A stretch of 63,367 bases of DNA, filler included, from Octopus bimaculoides (GCF_001194135.2; 5 parts of 5 records of this genome joined end to end with filler, not necessarily neighbours in it); one strand, 5' to 3'. Positions 13,020 to 25,610 are shown, counted from the whole stretch's first letter. Translations and numbers: made by a program. Notes: generated by a model from the letters alone, not told the origin.

Positions 13020-13370
13020 AAAGAAATGGAAAAACTTTCAAAATACAAAGACCTGGAAATAGAGATAACTCGAATGTGGAATCTAAAAACAGAAACAATT
13101 CCTATCATAGTAGGTGCCTTAGGTATAATAAAAAAATATTCAGACAAATACATAACAAAAACACCAGGACTTACAAATATATATAACATACAGAAAATTG
13201 CACTACTGGGTACTGCACACATTCTACGCAAAACACTTTCAATACAGTAAACATAAGAGCACCACAGCAAACCAGAGCACATACCCAAGGCGCACAGAGC
13301 TGCGCTCGGTAGTGAAGTGAAAATACGTTATAAAAATAAAACTACTGAATAATAATAATAATAATAATGG
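13020..13370 (+). mobile_element. 3' end of an R4/Dong-clade non-LTR retrotransposon (restriction-like endonuclease C-terminus, 3' UTR, (AAT)n tail)
   Basis: ORF EKLSKYKDLEIEITRMWNLKTETIPIIVGALG...IQKIALLGTAHILRKTL* is the typical RLE C-terminus of this clade; it ends in (AAT)n; the 5' part lies in the N gap. Confidence 0.85.
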
Positions 13371-13576
13371 TTTCAAATTTTTCCACAATGGCAACAGTTT
13401 TTATGGGGAGGGTATGAGTCAATTACATTGACCCCCAGTGTTTAACTGGTACTTTTATCAACCCCAAAAGGATGAAAAGTAAAGTCAACCTCAGCGGAAT
13501 TTGAACTTGTGCCAACAGGTGAAATACTGTTAAGTATTTCATCCAGCATGCTAACAATACTGCAAGCTCACCACCC

Positions 13577-13619
<43 letters not shown>

Positions 13620-14509
13620 TGATGATGATGATTTCAAATTTTAGCATGGGCCAACAATTTTGAGGGGAAGGGCAAGTCAATAAAAATCCAACCCAGTACT
13701 CGACTGGTTTGGTTGCACTGTTCTCAGCATAAAATATCCAACAAACAAATAAATTTTATAAAATAAATATATTTAATTTTTTTAAAAATAAGTTTAAAAA
13801 AATTAAGCAATTTTGTTTTAATGTTTGAGATTGTGTTTTCTGTTACATCTCTCTGTCGATTCTATTATTATTTTTCTCTTCATTTAAATTCTTGTTTCAT
13901 GCTTCACCAGAATAAAAGAAGATCAAAGTAATCTCTGCTTAACACTGGTAAACCTAGAAGTAGTAACATTTACTAACTTAGTACTGAAGTATATCTTGTA
14001 TAATCTGCCAAGAGATGGGATGCTAGGGATCAGGTTTCATTTGGTAAACTTAGAACACCAAACATGTAAAGGATGTCACAAACGCAAAATTCAGGGTTGT
14101 TTTCAATTTTTGTTTTTCTTTTCTTCTTTTTGCATCTGTTTCTGCATGTTTGCATAGGCTGCATGGATATATTATTGACAGATTTTGGCAACAACCAGAT
14201 GCTCTTCCTGTCACCGACCCGTACCTGCTTTTCAAGTAAAGGATCTCCTACTGTACACATATCTCTGAAGTTGCAAAGCCGGCAAGATGATTTGTTGACA
14301 AGGAAAATGACAATAACACCATTGCTTGTACAGCAGTGTAATTTTATTGTAAAGTGCAAATATAAATACACACACACACACAAAGGACATACACATTATT
14401 ATTATTATTATTATTATTGTTCAGTAGTTTCATCATCATCATCATCATCATCATCACCACTACCACCATCACCATCATCATCATCATCATCATTATTATT
14501 ATTATTATT

Positions 14510-14730
14510 AAGGTGGCGAACTGGCAGAATTGTTAACATGTTTGGCAAAATGCTTAGCAGTATTTTATCTGTCCTTACATTCTGAGTTCAAATTCTGCTG
14601 AGGTTGGCTTTGCCTGTCATCCTTTTGGGATTGATAAATTAAGTACCAGTGAAACACTGGGGGTCAATGTAATCGACTAGTCCTCTCCCCCCAAATTTCA
14701 GGCCTTGTGAATCAGTAGAAAGGATTATTA
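14510..14730 (+). mobile_element. tRNA-derived SINE family B (AAGGYGGCGAGCTGGCAGAAT head); representative copy
   Basis: Head with B-box-like GAGTTCAAATTC and body GATAAATTAAGTACCAGT...CTGGGGTCGATGTAATCGACT; other copies at about 12545-12730(-), 13365-13580(-), 23180-23360(-), 26590-26800(-), 33880-34000(+). Confidence 0.75.
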
Positions 14731-15789
14731 TTATTGTTGTTATTATTATTAGTTTGTTTGTTGTTGTTGATGCTGATCAAAGATATCACATGGGGGAAGA
14801 AGATGGGGCAAAATGTTTTCAACTGTGGCCAGGGCTCTGCCACAGGTTGGGCACTGGTATCTATAGGGACGGAAAGCAAAGAATTGGCTTTGGGCTTGCA
14901 TAATTCACATTTTCTTTGCACTCCTGCAATCCTGTTCAGTTCATAGACACACACATACATCATCATCATCGTCATTTAATGCCCAACAAGCTCCGATGCA
15001 TCCAAGAACTGCATCATGCTCCATTGTCTATTTTGCATGGTTTCTATGGCTGGATGTCCTTCCTAACACCAACCACTTTACAGAGTGTACTGGGTGCCTT
15101 TTCTTTTTTTATGCCACCAGCACCAGTGAGGTCACCACGCTGCTTACAAGACTATGAATCACAAGGGGAAGAGTTGGCTTAATGGAAGAAGTCAAGTTAA
15201 TGTATGAGAGAAAATGGCCAGAAGAGAACAGGTTTCTTGCAGTAGAGGAACCACATGGTTCCTTACATTTTAGAAGAGAAGGTGGAGTGGAATTGGGGGT
15301 GGAGCTTGGAAGAGATACAAATTGTGTTGATGAGGTGTCTGTGTGGACCTCAAGGTATGAGGTGAGTAGAATTGAATTGGGGCAGAACTGGGAGGTTACA
15401 TGAGTGTGTAGGGGAGTGAGACATGGGGAATGGGTGAGGGGGTGAATATAATAAATGAAGAACAAGTGTTGAGTGGCTGATGAGTGGGGAAGATGAGGAA
15501 GTGTAGGTGATAACTGTAGAGATTAGACATGGCTGAGGGGTGAGTGAAGTGCATAAAAGGTAGGGGTGAATAGATTGTGTGTGTGTGTAAAGGGTCTTCA
15601 GATGTTGGGCCTCACAGAGGAGACGACAAGGGACCAGGACTTGGTGGTTTGCTGTGCTCCAGAAGATACGCCAAACTAAGTAACAACGTGGCCATCCATA
15701 CATACAGGCATGTCCCTTATGACCATGCCCCCAATCCCTCTCTCAGCTGAGAAGTCCTTCTATTGCAGGCTTGTGGGAGCTGGTGCTAT

Positions 15790-16500
15790 GTAAAAAGTGC
15801 TTGTCCCAGTACCACGTTAAAGCACCTATGCCGGTGCCACATAAAGGCACCCATACTGGTGCCATATAAAAGCTCCTGTGCCAGTGCCACGTGAAAATCA
15901 CCCAGCACACTCTGTAAAATGGTTGGCATTAGGAAGATGCCAGCCACTATCCAGCCATAGAAACAGTGCCAAAACAGAGAAATGGCACCTATGCAGCTCC
16001 CCAACTGGCCAGCTCCTGTCAAACTATTCAACCCATGCCAGCATGGAAAAGGGATATTAAATGATGATGATGATGATGATATCTCAAACTGGCACAAAGC
16101 CACACACCTTCAATACTACTAAGTCAAGGGGTTTTTGTCATGCAAGGTACTTGGTGACCCTGTTGGTGCTGGTGCCACGTAAAAAGCATTGATGCTAATT
16201 CCATGTAAAAAGAACTGGTGCTGGTTCCACGCAATAAGCACTGGTGCCGGTATCACATAAAAAGCACTGGTGCTGGTGCCACATAAAGACTACAGGAGAT
16301 AGTGGTGCCATGTAAAAAGTACTGGTACGGGTGTTACATAAAAGGCACCCAATATACTCTGTAAAGTGGTTGGCATCAGGAAGGGCGTCCAACTATAGAA
16401 ATCATACCAAAACAGACTATGGAACCATATGCACCTCCTGGCCTTACCAGATCCAGTCAAACAGTCCAACCCATGCCAGCCTGGAAAACTGATGACAGTG
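15790..16500 (+). mobile_element. Two tandem RTE-tailed SINE/3'-UTR-like elements with internal GGTGCCACGTAAAAAGCAC-type repeats
   Basis: Short tandem units precede the conserved GGTTGGCATTAGGAAGGGCATCCAGC...CCATGCCAGCATGGAAAA-(GAT)n tail; related copies at about 3065-3400, 3790-3955, 4290-4580, 27000-27380. Confidence 0.6.
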
Positions 16501-17216
16501 AAGACCCCCCCCCCACACACACTATAGGTTCCTATTTAATGTTTGTCTACTGCCTACCAGACCCAATCACAAGGTTCTGATCAGCCCAAGACTGGGTAAA
16601 AAGACACATGCCCAAGGTACAGTGGAGGGGACTGAACTTGAAACCACTTTGTTGTGAAGTGAATTTCTTAACCTCACAGCCATGCCTGTACCTAAAACAA
16701 AGAGAAGATCCAAGTAATTCAACTCTATTTAGTCTCAGTAANNNNNNNNNNNNNNNNNNNNNNNNNNNNNNNNNNNNNNNNNNNNNNNNNNNNNNNNNNN
16801 NNNNNNNNNNNNNNNNNNNNNNNNNNNNNNNNNNNNNNNNNNNNNNNNNNNNNNNNNNNNNNNNNNNNNNNNNNNNNNNNNNNNNNNNNNNNNNNNNNNN
16901 NNNNNNNNNNNNNNNNNNNNNNNNNNNNNNNNNNGTGTTAAACGAAAACAAAAACTTTAACTGAGATTATTTGTGCAGTCAGCAGAAAAAAAAAAAGGAA
17001 AAGAAGAAGAAAATCTGTCTCCAGAGATGTTTAACCTTTTTTGCAACTATAGGCACAGGCATGGCTGTGGGGTAAGAAGCTCACTTCCCAACCACATGGT
17101 ACCAGGTTCAGTCTGTCCCACTGTGTGGTGCTTTGGATGAGAGTTTCTTACTATAGCTCCAGGTCAACTAAAACCCTTGTGAGAGGATTTGGTGGATGGA
17201 AACTGAAAGAAGCCTG

Positions 17217-17257
<41 letters not shown>

Positions 17258-17489
17258 GGCACAAGTGTGGCTGTGTGGTAAGAAGCTCACTTCCCAACCA
17301 CATGGTCCCCGGGTTCAGTCCCACTGCATGGCACCTTGGGCAGGTGTCTTCCACTATAGCCCTGGGCCAGAAAACTGAAAGAAGCTTGTTTGTTTGTGTG
17401 TGTGTATCTGTCTATTTGTCCGCCTGTCTGTCTATCTATCTATCTCTCTATATCTATACACACACACACACATATATATCATCATTATC

Positions 17490-17910
17490 ATCATCATCAT
17501 CGTTTAACGTCCGCTTTCCATGCTAGCATGGGTTGGACGATTTGACTGAGGACTGGTGAAACCGGATGGCAACACCAGGCTCCAATCTAATTTGGCAGAG
17601 TTTCTACAGCTGGATGCCCTTCCTAACGCCAACCACTCAGAGAGTGTAGTGGGTGCTTTTACGTGTCACCCGCACGAAAATGGCCACGCTCGAAATGGTG
17701 TCTTTTATGTGCCACCCGCACACGCCAGTCCAGGGGCACTGGCAACGATCTCACTCGAAAATCCTACGGGAGCCAGTCAGGCGGTACTGGCAACGGCCAC
17801 GCTCAAAATAGTGCATCTTATGTGCCACCCGCACAAGAGCCAGTCCAGGGGCACTGGCAACGATCTTACTTGGCTTGCCGGGTCTTCTCACGCACAGCAC
17901 ATTTCCAAAG

Positions 17911-17972
<62 letters not shown>

Positions 17973-18112
17973 GGTGATAGGAAGGGCATCCAGCTGTAGA
18001 AACTATGCTAAATCAGATTGGAGTCTGGTGCAGCCCCTCAGCTCACCAGTCCTGGTCAAATTATCCAACCCATGCCAGCATGGACAACGAATGTTCAATG
18101 ATGATGATGAGG
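17490..18112. mobile_element. Inverted pair of RTE-tailed SINE 3' ends
   Basis: 17490-17910 (minus) and 17975-18112 (plus) share CTACAGCTGGATGCCCTTCCTA / TAGGAAGGGCATCCAGCTGTAG in opposite orientation. Confidence 0.7.
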
Positions 18113-18120
18113 AGAAGGAT

Positions 18121-18156
<36 letters not shown>

Positions 18157-18176
18157 TAATGAAGCATTGGCACAAT

Positions 18177-18312
18177 TTAGGTTAGTTGAAATATGTTTGT
18201 CACATATTTCAACTGCTTAAGGTAAATACACTGCAGTTTTTCTCCATGGTAACTGCAGTGTATTTGCCTTCAGCACTTGAAATATGTGACAAACATTTCA
18301 ACTAACCTAAAA
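18177..18312. repeat. Long foldback hairpin (arms about 62 bp, loop about 12 nt)
   Basis: TTTAGGTTAGTTGAAATATGTTTGTCACATATTTCAACTGCTTAAGGTAAATACACTGCAGTT pairs with AACTGCAGTGTATTTGCCTTCAGCACTTGAAATATGTGACAAACATTTCAACTAACCTAAA. Confidence 0.85.
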
Positions 18313-18599
18313 ATATATTAATATATTAATCGAAGTGTGTAGTATTATCTATCCATTAAAGCTGGTCTTACCAATTGGTTTTGCACTATGGATTCAACAG
18401 GATGTTAGATACAGCCTAATTCTGTAACCTTGCACTCTTCAGAGTTGGATGTTATGGAAGAAAATTCATACAAATGCATATTTTTTCTGATTGATGGATT
18501 CTTAGCCAACTGTGTATGTGTCTGTGCATCCCTGTAACTTAATTATTTGGCAAAAGAGACTGATAGAGTAAGTACTTGGCTTAAGAAAACAATTCCTGG

Positions 18600-18605
18600 G
18601 GTCAT

Positions 18606-18655
<50 letters not shown>

Positions 18656-19100
18656 TTAACATCTGTTTTCCATACTGGCATGGGTTGGAAGGTTTGACCA
18701 GAGCTGGTAAGCTGAGAGGCTGCACCAGAATTCAGTCTGATTTGGCAAGGTTTCTACAGCTGGATGTCCTTCCAAATGACAACCACTCCTTGAGTGTAAT
18801 GGGTGCTTTTACATGCCACAAAATCACGTCTTCAAAAAGTCAGTGTCACGAATGACAGTTACATGACACCAACATCAGCCACATTGCCTTTGTGAGGCCC
18901 AACACCCAATTGGTGCTTTTTACATGCCACCAGCATGGGTTCCAGTGACATGATGCCAGCATTGGCCACAACAGATTTCACTTGGCATGACAGGTCTTCT
19001 CAAGCATGGCATATCGCCAACGGTCGGAATCACTAGTCATTGCCTTTGTGAGGCCCAATGTTTGAAGATCATACTTCACCACCTCATCTGTGTTCTGAAA
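18600..19100 (-). mobile_element. RTE LINE 3' end (C-terminal peptide plus 3' UTR and (GAT)n tail)
   Basis: Translation DEVVKYDLQTLGLTKAMTSDSDRWRYAMLEKTCHAK*, followed by the shared SINE-type tail. Confidence 0.7.
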
Positions 19101-20167
19101 ACCAGCTAAATAACATCGATATTTTACTAAATTCTTCATAATTTTAAAAATTAACTGAAACATGGTGGGGAATTTCAACAGAAATATCATAACGAAGGAG
19201 TATGAAATTTTAGACATATGTATTGGCACAGGTATGGCTGTGCAGCTGAGAAGCTTTCTTCCTAACCATGCAGTTTAAAGTACAGTCCTGCTGTGTGGCA
19301 CCTTGGGCGAGTATACTCCACTATAGCCCTGAGGCAACCAAAACTTTGTGAGTAAATTTGCTAGAGAGAAACTGAAAGAAGCCCATTGTATCTTTGTATC
19401 TATGTGTATGTATGTTTGTCATGATATCACGTAATGATTGTAAACGTATATCATCGTTAAACAAGCGATGTATGTAATCTTCCATGAAAAACATGTCTGA
19501 CCAAGAGGAAATATTACCTAATTTGGAAACAGGAGAAGGTTGGTGATAGGAAGAGCATCCAGTTGTAGAAACTCTGCCTCAACAAATTCCATCTGACCCA
19601 TGCAAGCATAGAAAAGTGGATGCTAAATGATGAGGATGAGATTTTTGTCAGACTAAGACTTAAGATTTTGTTATTTTACATTCAACTTTTTTTAATAGCT
19701 TTTTCTTTGTTTCTTTTATGTACTTTTTTTTGCTTGGAATCTGCCTAAAGAGAGGAGTCAAGGTCAAAGTCTAGGACAAGGTGAACTGTGCCTACTTTGT
19801 GATTTTCTTTCTGTCTTCTTTGTGTATAGAGTTTTGATGTCTGATTTTTTTAAAAAAGGTATTTGATAAAGAAGTCTGCCTGCTGTTGTGAAGTGTGGGT
19901 GGGATGCTGGGTGGTATGCTGTTGTTGTTGTTGTTACTGTTGTTACTGTTAATTACTTTGTTTTCTTGTTTATATTGCATACTAATATTTGCCAGTTTTC
20001 TCATTTTCTACCATCCATTCTCTTTACTATTTTCTTGCTTTGTTGTTGAATTTTGTTTCTATTGCATGTGGTGTGTATGTGTGTGTGTGTGTACATGCAA
20101 GTGTGTGTGTGTGCAAGTGTGTGTGTGTGTGTGTGTAAGTGTGTGTGCGCGCTAGTATGTATGTGTG

Positions 20168-20205
<38 letters not shown>

Positions 20206-20249
20206 TATACGTGTGTGGTGCTTCATGTGTGCGCAAGTATATGTGCGTG

Positions 20250-20288
<39 letters not shown>

Positions 20289-20529
20289 GTGTAGTGCTTC
20301 ATGTGTGCATGTGTGTGTGTGTGTTTGTTTCATGTGTAATGTGTGCTTTTCAGATTAACCTCAGTTTTTATCAGATTGCTTATTGCAGTTGTGTAATTAG
20401 ACTTGCATTATTTTATGTAACCTTGTGGGATATGACTTTTACATGGGTTTATCATTATATTATAATTATTTCATTGAAAGTACACTCTGCACATTGCAGA
20501 GTCTATGTCGATGATTGTGATAATGTGCA

Positions 20530-21000
20530 ATTCTCTAAACTAATCTTGTTTCTTGACAGAAATAGTTCCACCTGGAATTTTTGAGCTTTGTAAAGAAGTG
20601 ATTTTGTTTATTGATGTGCAAGTGTATTCTGATGAGGTAGTCAGAATAGAGTTGGTTGNNNNNNNNNNATGTTGTTGTTGTAGCATGATGTATGGAGCAG
20701 AAAGTGATGTCTAGAGAATTGTTATTGTTATTTGCATAATGAGGTGTGAATGCATTGCTGTGTTTGTTTATGATGGGAAAGCGTTTCACTTGCAATTCTA
20801 CTGAATCTTCCCTGGATCATTTGTATTGTTTATAAACCATGATATATTAGGATAAGTTGTGTGAAGTCTCTGAAACGACAATGCTTTAGAATGTGTTGGC
20901 TTGCTGTAGCTGGGTCGTGGAACCTGCTAGGACTTCAGTTATGATCAGTTATGATTAGTAGTAGATAGGCATCTATTTATTCTGATATGCTTCCTGTTGT
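20530..21000 (-). mobile_element. Highly degenerate APE endonuclease remnant of a LINE (clade uncertain)
   Basis: Peptides RDF.., W....TNDPGK, SLDITFCS, SDY and ..SRWNYF resemble APE motifs GDFN, W...TN..G, xIDLTF, SDH and the KANWxxF linker. Confidence 0.45.
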
Positions 21001-21366
21001 TGCCATGGTTTTGAAGTTTGAACTTCTAGTGTATTTGCTATACTCTGTGACTGTTGGGTCTTTCTTGACAAAACATTAATAAAGTCAAACATTTAAACCA
21101 CACGGTTTTGGGTTCTGTTCCACTGCATAGAACCTTGAGTGAGCATCTGTATTCTTGGGATGAACAAAGCCTTGTGAGTAGATTTGGTAGATAGAAACTG
21201 AAAGAAGCACATTGCATCGTGGATGTGTAGTAAGAAGCTTGCTTCCCAACCACATGGTTCTGAGTTCAGTCCCAGTGCGTGGCACCTTGGGCAAGTGTCT
21301 TCTGCTATAGCCTAAGGGCAACCAAAGCCTTGTGAGTGGATTTGATAAACGGAAACTGAAACAAAC

Positions 21367-21407
<41 letters not shown>

Positions 21408-21414
21408 TATATAA

Positions 21415-21715
21415 GACCCAGGAAGACCTGGGATGAGGTGGTGAAGCACGACCTTTGAACTTTAGGCCTCACCAAGGCAATGACCAGTGACCGGGACCTT
21501 TGGAAATATGCAGTACGTGAGAAGATCCGGCAAGGCAAGTGAGAGCATAACCTGTGACCTCTGCCAGAAGTGTAGCCAGCTCACTAATTCGTATCTTTAC
21601 TTCATTGGACACTAAAAACCCTGCTTGCGAAGACCTGTTGAGGCAAGTGAATTCGGAATTTGGAATTTGAAATCTGAATTAAAGCGGACGTTAAACGATG
21701 ATGATGATGATGATG
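21415..21715 (+). mobile_element. RTE LINE 3' end
   Basis: Translation RPRKTWDEVVKHDL*TLGLTKAMTSDRDLWKYAVREKIRQGK*, then 3' UTR ending GCGGACGTTAAAC(GAT)n. Confidence 0.8.
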
Positions 21716-21727
21716 ATATATATATAT

Positions 21728-22136
21728 AGGTGCAGGAGTGGTTGTGTGATAAGTAGCTTGCTTACCAACCATATAGTTCTGGGTTCAGTCCCACTGCATG
21801 GCACCTTGGGCAAGTGTCTTCTACTATAGCCTCAGGCCAACCAAAGTCTTGTGAGTGGATTTGGTAGACCGAAACTGAAAGAAGCCCGTTGTATATATAT
21901 ATATATATGTGTGTGTATATATGTTTGTGTATCTATATTTGTCTCTCCACTATCGCTTGACAACCAATGCTAGTGTGTTTACATCCTCGTAACTTAGCGG
22001 TTCAGCAAGAGAGACAGATAGAATAAGTACTAGGCTTACAAAGAATGAGTCCTGGGGCTGATTTGTTCAACTAAAAGCGGTGCTCCAGCATAGCCGCAGT
22101 CAAATGACTGAAACAGGTAAAAGAATAAAAAGAATA
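21728..22136 (+). mobile_element. Near full-length tRNA-derived SINE family A (CORE/Meta-like CCTTGGGCAAGTG box, internal microsatellite)
   Basis: Head GGTGCAGGAGTGG.TGTGTGGTAAG...GGGTTCAGTCCCAC (A/B boxes), central box, (TA/GT)n and tail ...GCGGTGCTCCAGCAT.GCCGCAGTCAAATGACTGAAAC. More than 15 partial copies elsewhere, e.g. 9255-9450, 17055-17400, 19225-19390, 39860-40010, 41258-41430. Confidence 0.85.
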
Positions 22137-22739
22137 TACATATATATATATATATATATGCATTACGTGTGTGTGTGTGATTCTATGTTGTAGATATCTG
22201 GCACTGTGTGTGTGTGTGTGTGTGTGTGCGCGTATGTGTGTATATAATAATATCTAACATTAATTCCGAAACACTGATGTGGGAGGGATTAATCCTGCTT
22301 GATTAAAAGATTAAAAGATTAAAACATTTTAACAGCAGAAAAAAACAAAAGAAGAAAAAAAAAGAAGCGAAAACAAACAACTCCCACCACCTTCACCACC
22401 ATCACCGCTATCTACTGATAAGAGAAAACAGTTGCAGTCCCAGCCCCGTCCCCACCCCCAGCCGCCTCACAGAGACTACTTACAACCTCTTGACAGTGAT
22501 TTTTACTATGGAAAAAACAATCAAAAAGAAAGCTAATGCTTTTGGGGCTTGAGGTTTGTACTGTTGTCTAAAATAACTTTTCCACATGTTCCTTGACACC
22601 TTCAAAATAAATAAATACAACAACAACAACAACAACGTTATCCATATTCTATCAAAGTACGAATGGAAAAAGCCGCAAGAACACTCCTTGGAGCCTAACA
22701 TCTTTTTGCTGCATCGTTCTGCCATCTTCTAACCTTTTA

Positions 22740-23120
22740 TTCTTTTATTTGTTTCAGTCATTTGACTGCGGCCATGCTGGAACACCACCTTTTGGTCGAA
22801 CAAATCAACCCCAGGACTTATTCTTTGTAAGCCTAGTACTTATTCTATTGGTTTCTTTTGCCAAACTGCTAAGTTACGGGGACGTAAGCACACCACCATT
22901 GGTTGTCAAGCAATCGTGGGGGACAAACACAGACACACAAACATACATACATATATGTTTATATGACGGGATTCTTTCAGTTTCTGTCAACCAAATCCAC
23001 TGACAAAGGCTTTGGTCGGCCCGAGGCTATAATAGAAGACACTTGCCCAAGGTACCACAGAATGAGACTGAACCCAGAACCATGTGGTTGGGAAGCAAGC
23101 TACTTACCACACAGCCTTTC
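22740..23120 (-). mobile_element. Near full-length SINE family A
   Basis: Reverse complement of the 21728-22136 family; forms an inverted pair with that copy. Confidence 0.85.
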
Positions 23121-23649
23121 CTGATGAAAGTGGTGGAGACTGAACATAACTTAAAATACAGAAGATTTCCTATTGGTTTCTAATTTTGGCACAAGGCCAG
23201 CATCAGAAGTTGGGGGCAAGTCAATTACATCAACCCCTATGCTTAGCTGGTACTTATTTTATCAACTCCAAAAAGGTGAAAAGCAAGGTTGACCTTGGCA
23301 GAATTTGAACTCAGAATGTAAAGACAGATGGACACTAAGCACTTTTCCTGGCTTGCTTATGATTCTGATGGCTCACCATCTTTTATTTTCATTTTAATGT
23401 CCTCTTTTCCATGGATTGGATGGAATTCAGTGAGGTAGATTTTCTTTGGCTGGATGCCCTTCTTGTCACCAACCTTCAATTGTTTCCAAGCAAGGTAATA
23501 TTTCCATATAGGCAGACATGTTTTTGTAGAATATTGGAAAGGAATGACACTGCTTGTATGACAGTGACACTCATTTACAACTATCACATGATGACAAGAC
23601 AAGGAAGCATACACAGACACACATCTGTACATAATTTTGCTCATGTTTC

Positions 23650-24300
23650 TTCTTCTTCCACAAGCTTTTTATTACATTTGGATTGTTTGATATTTCTTCA
23701 CTCGACTGTATGTATCACATATTTCTACAAGTGCAGACTCTATGCATCAACTGCAGTCTTTAATCTTGAACACAACATCTGGTTTCTTTTATAACCACAT
23801 GCCCCTGCCAGTCATTTCCTTTGTGAGCCATGGCTCATGTATGCCAACACATCCAGGCATTTTCCTTCTGAACAACCTTGGCAAATCTTTCCATTACATA
23901 CCATATAATAATGTATTTCGTAAGCAAACATCACACAACTGGCCTTTCACTCTCTTTGCCAACTAAGGTAATAAAACTCCTAGAACTTTTTTCGTCTGTT
24001 CTTAATTTGGCTACTATGCTTTCAATGCACTCACCTCCACTACTGATAATTGTGTTATTAGATCACCTTGGTAACAGAAACTATCAGCTAATTCTATCTG
24101 AGCAGTCAAAAGGCTTCATTTTTTGGCTAACTCACACTGCAAACAACTCCTGTGTATCTGCTACGTATGAAAAACATCTTTCTCCCGTTAGCCTGCCAAA
24201 ATCTCACTGCACACTTTGTATACACAATGTTTGTATTGCTATGCAATATACAGTGCCTACCTGTTCTGCTTCTGCATACTGACCATGGCTACTTCCAAGA
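23650..24300 (-). mobile_element. Degenerate RTE LINE, post-RT region
   Basis: Frameshifted peptides VCRSRTGR, LADSFCYQGD, SSGGECIESIVAKLR and VKGQLCDVCLRNTLLYG match the RTE C-terminal region of the family at 1-335. Confidence 0.7.
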
Positions 24301-24426
24301 TAATAGTAATTCTATTCTATTATTTTTACTGCTAAGTCTTTCCTCTTAGCTTAAAGTCACATCTCTTTTCATACCAACATGCCTGGAATGGCCCTGGACC
24401 TATAATATAAATTTTATATTTAATTT

Positions 24427-24919
24427 CAGTGTGGAAGATGTTTGTAAGCCATTTAAGAACACACAAAAAAGCCGTTAGTTTCACTTCAACATTTAAACTT
24501 AATCTGTGTCAAAATATTTTCATGGCTTTGAAACCACAAACTGTTCGCTGACAAAACTTGGAAGTTTTGTCAGTGAACAGTTCGTGGTTTCAAAGCGATG
24601 AAAATATTTTGACACAGATTAAGTTTAACCCTTTCGTTACCAACCCGGCTGAAACCACCCCTGGCTCTGTAGTACAAATGCCTTGTTTGCATAAGTTTTG
24701 AATTAAAATCTTCCACCAAACCTTAATCACAATTTATGTTCCTAACACTAGCTGAATGATAGCTAAGTTATCTTACAAAATTCTTTGTTGTATTTAAAGT
24801 AATTGAAAGAAACACAGAGCATCTCAAAATAAATACAGTAGCGAAAGGGTTAAATGTTGAAGTGAAACTAACAGTTTTTTTGTGTGTTCTTAAATGACTT
24901 ACAAACATCTTCCATGCTG
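24427..24919. mobile_element. Almost fully palindromic foldback MITE (about 270 bp without the nested insertion)
   Basis: 24427-24550 is the reverse complement of 24555-24628 plus 24850-24919, with a loop near ACTTGGAAGT. Confidence 0.85.
24629..24849. mobile_element. piggyBac-type MITE nested in the foldback element
   Basis: TTAA-CCCTTTCGTTAC ... GTAGCGAAAGGG-TTAA; removing it restores the palindrome. Confidence 0.85.
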
Positions 24920-25009
24920 CAGTTGTTTTTATTTGAGCCCATGATCTCAGATCAAGTCACTTGCTATGCAAGTACATCTCTGTAATTTATATTTCATATT
25001 GATCTAAAT

Positions 25010-25266
25010 TGGTGGTTTTCAACCATTTTTTACCAGTGGACCCTTTTTGGTTCTTATTTTGCTCTACTGCACCCTCTTAACCATTCAGTGTTTAGAAAAA
25101 TCTTTTCATGTTCTTATAATTGAATAAAATTAAGAATTGTAGAAAATGGTTGTCAAAATATTTTGTGTCTTGCAGAAGTACAACCAATTTATTGCACATG
25201 AATTTTAAAAACAAAATCTTACATGGACCCTGCAAGGACCATATGAACCCCAGCTGAGAATAACTG
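25010..25266. mobile_element. hAT-type MITE
   Basis: Perfect 8-bp TSD ATCTAAAT at 25002-25009 and 25267-25274; degenerate CAGTGRTTYTCAAC-type TIRs. Confidence 0.8.
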
Positions 25267-25439
25267 ATCTAAATTAAAAACCTTCCATCAAAATTAAATG
25301 TTAATTAATGTTCCAAACACCACTTTCATAACGACAAAATAATTTTACTAAATTCTTCAAGAACTTCAAACTTAATTGAAACAAAGACATATATTTCAAC
25401 AGAAATATGGTAACAAAAAGGTTAAGCATCTTGATTCTA

Positions 25440-25610
25440 GACCATGTTTCTCTGTTTCAAGACTCCTCTAAACCTCCAGGTGCAATGGTTTGGGATTGGT
25501 TAAGAACTTCTTCTCTTGCAGTTGCTTCACTAAGAAGATTGCATTGGTGGTTCTACACCCTGGCACTCATCCAAACCCGTAACCTTTCTCAATTAAGTCT
25601 CACTCAGTTT
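25440..25610 (-). mobile_element. RTE reverse transcriptase fragment
   Basis: Translation VPGCRTTNAIFLVKQLQEKK resembles the conserved GF.PGRSTTDAIFxxRQLQEK RT motif. Confidence 0.7.
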
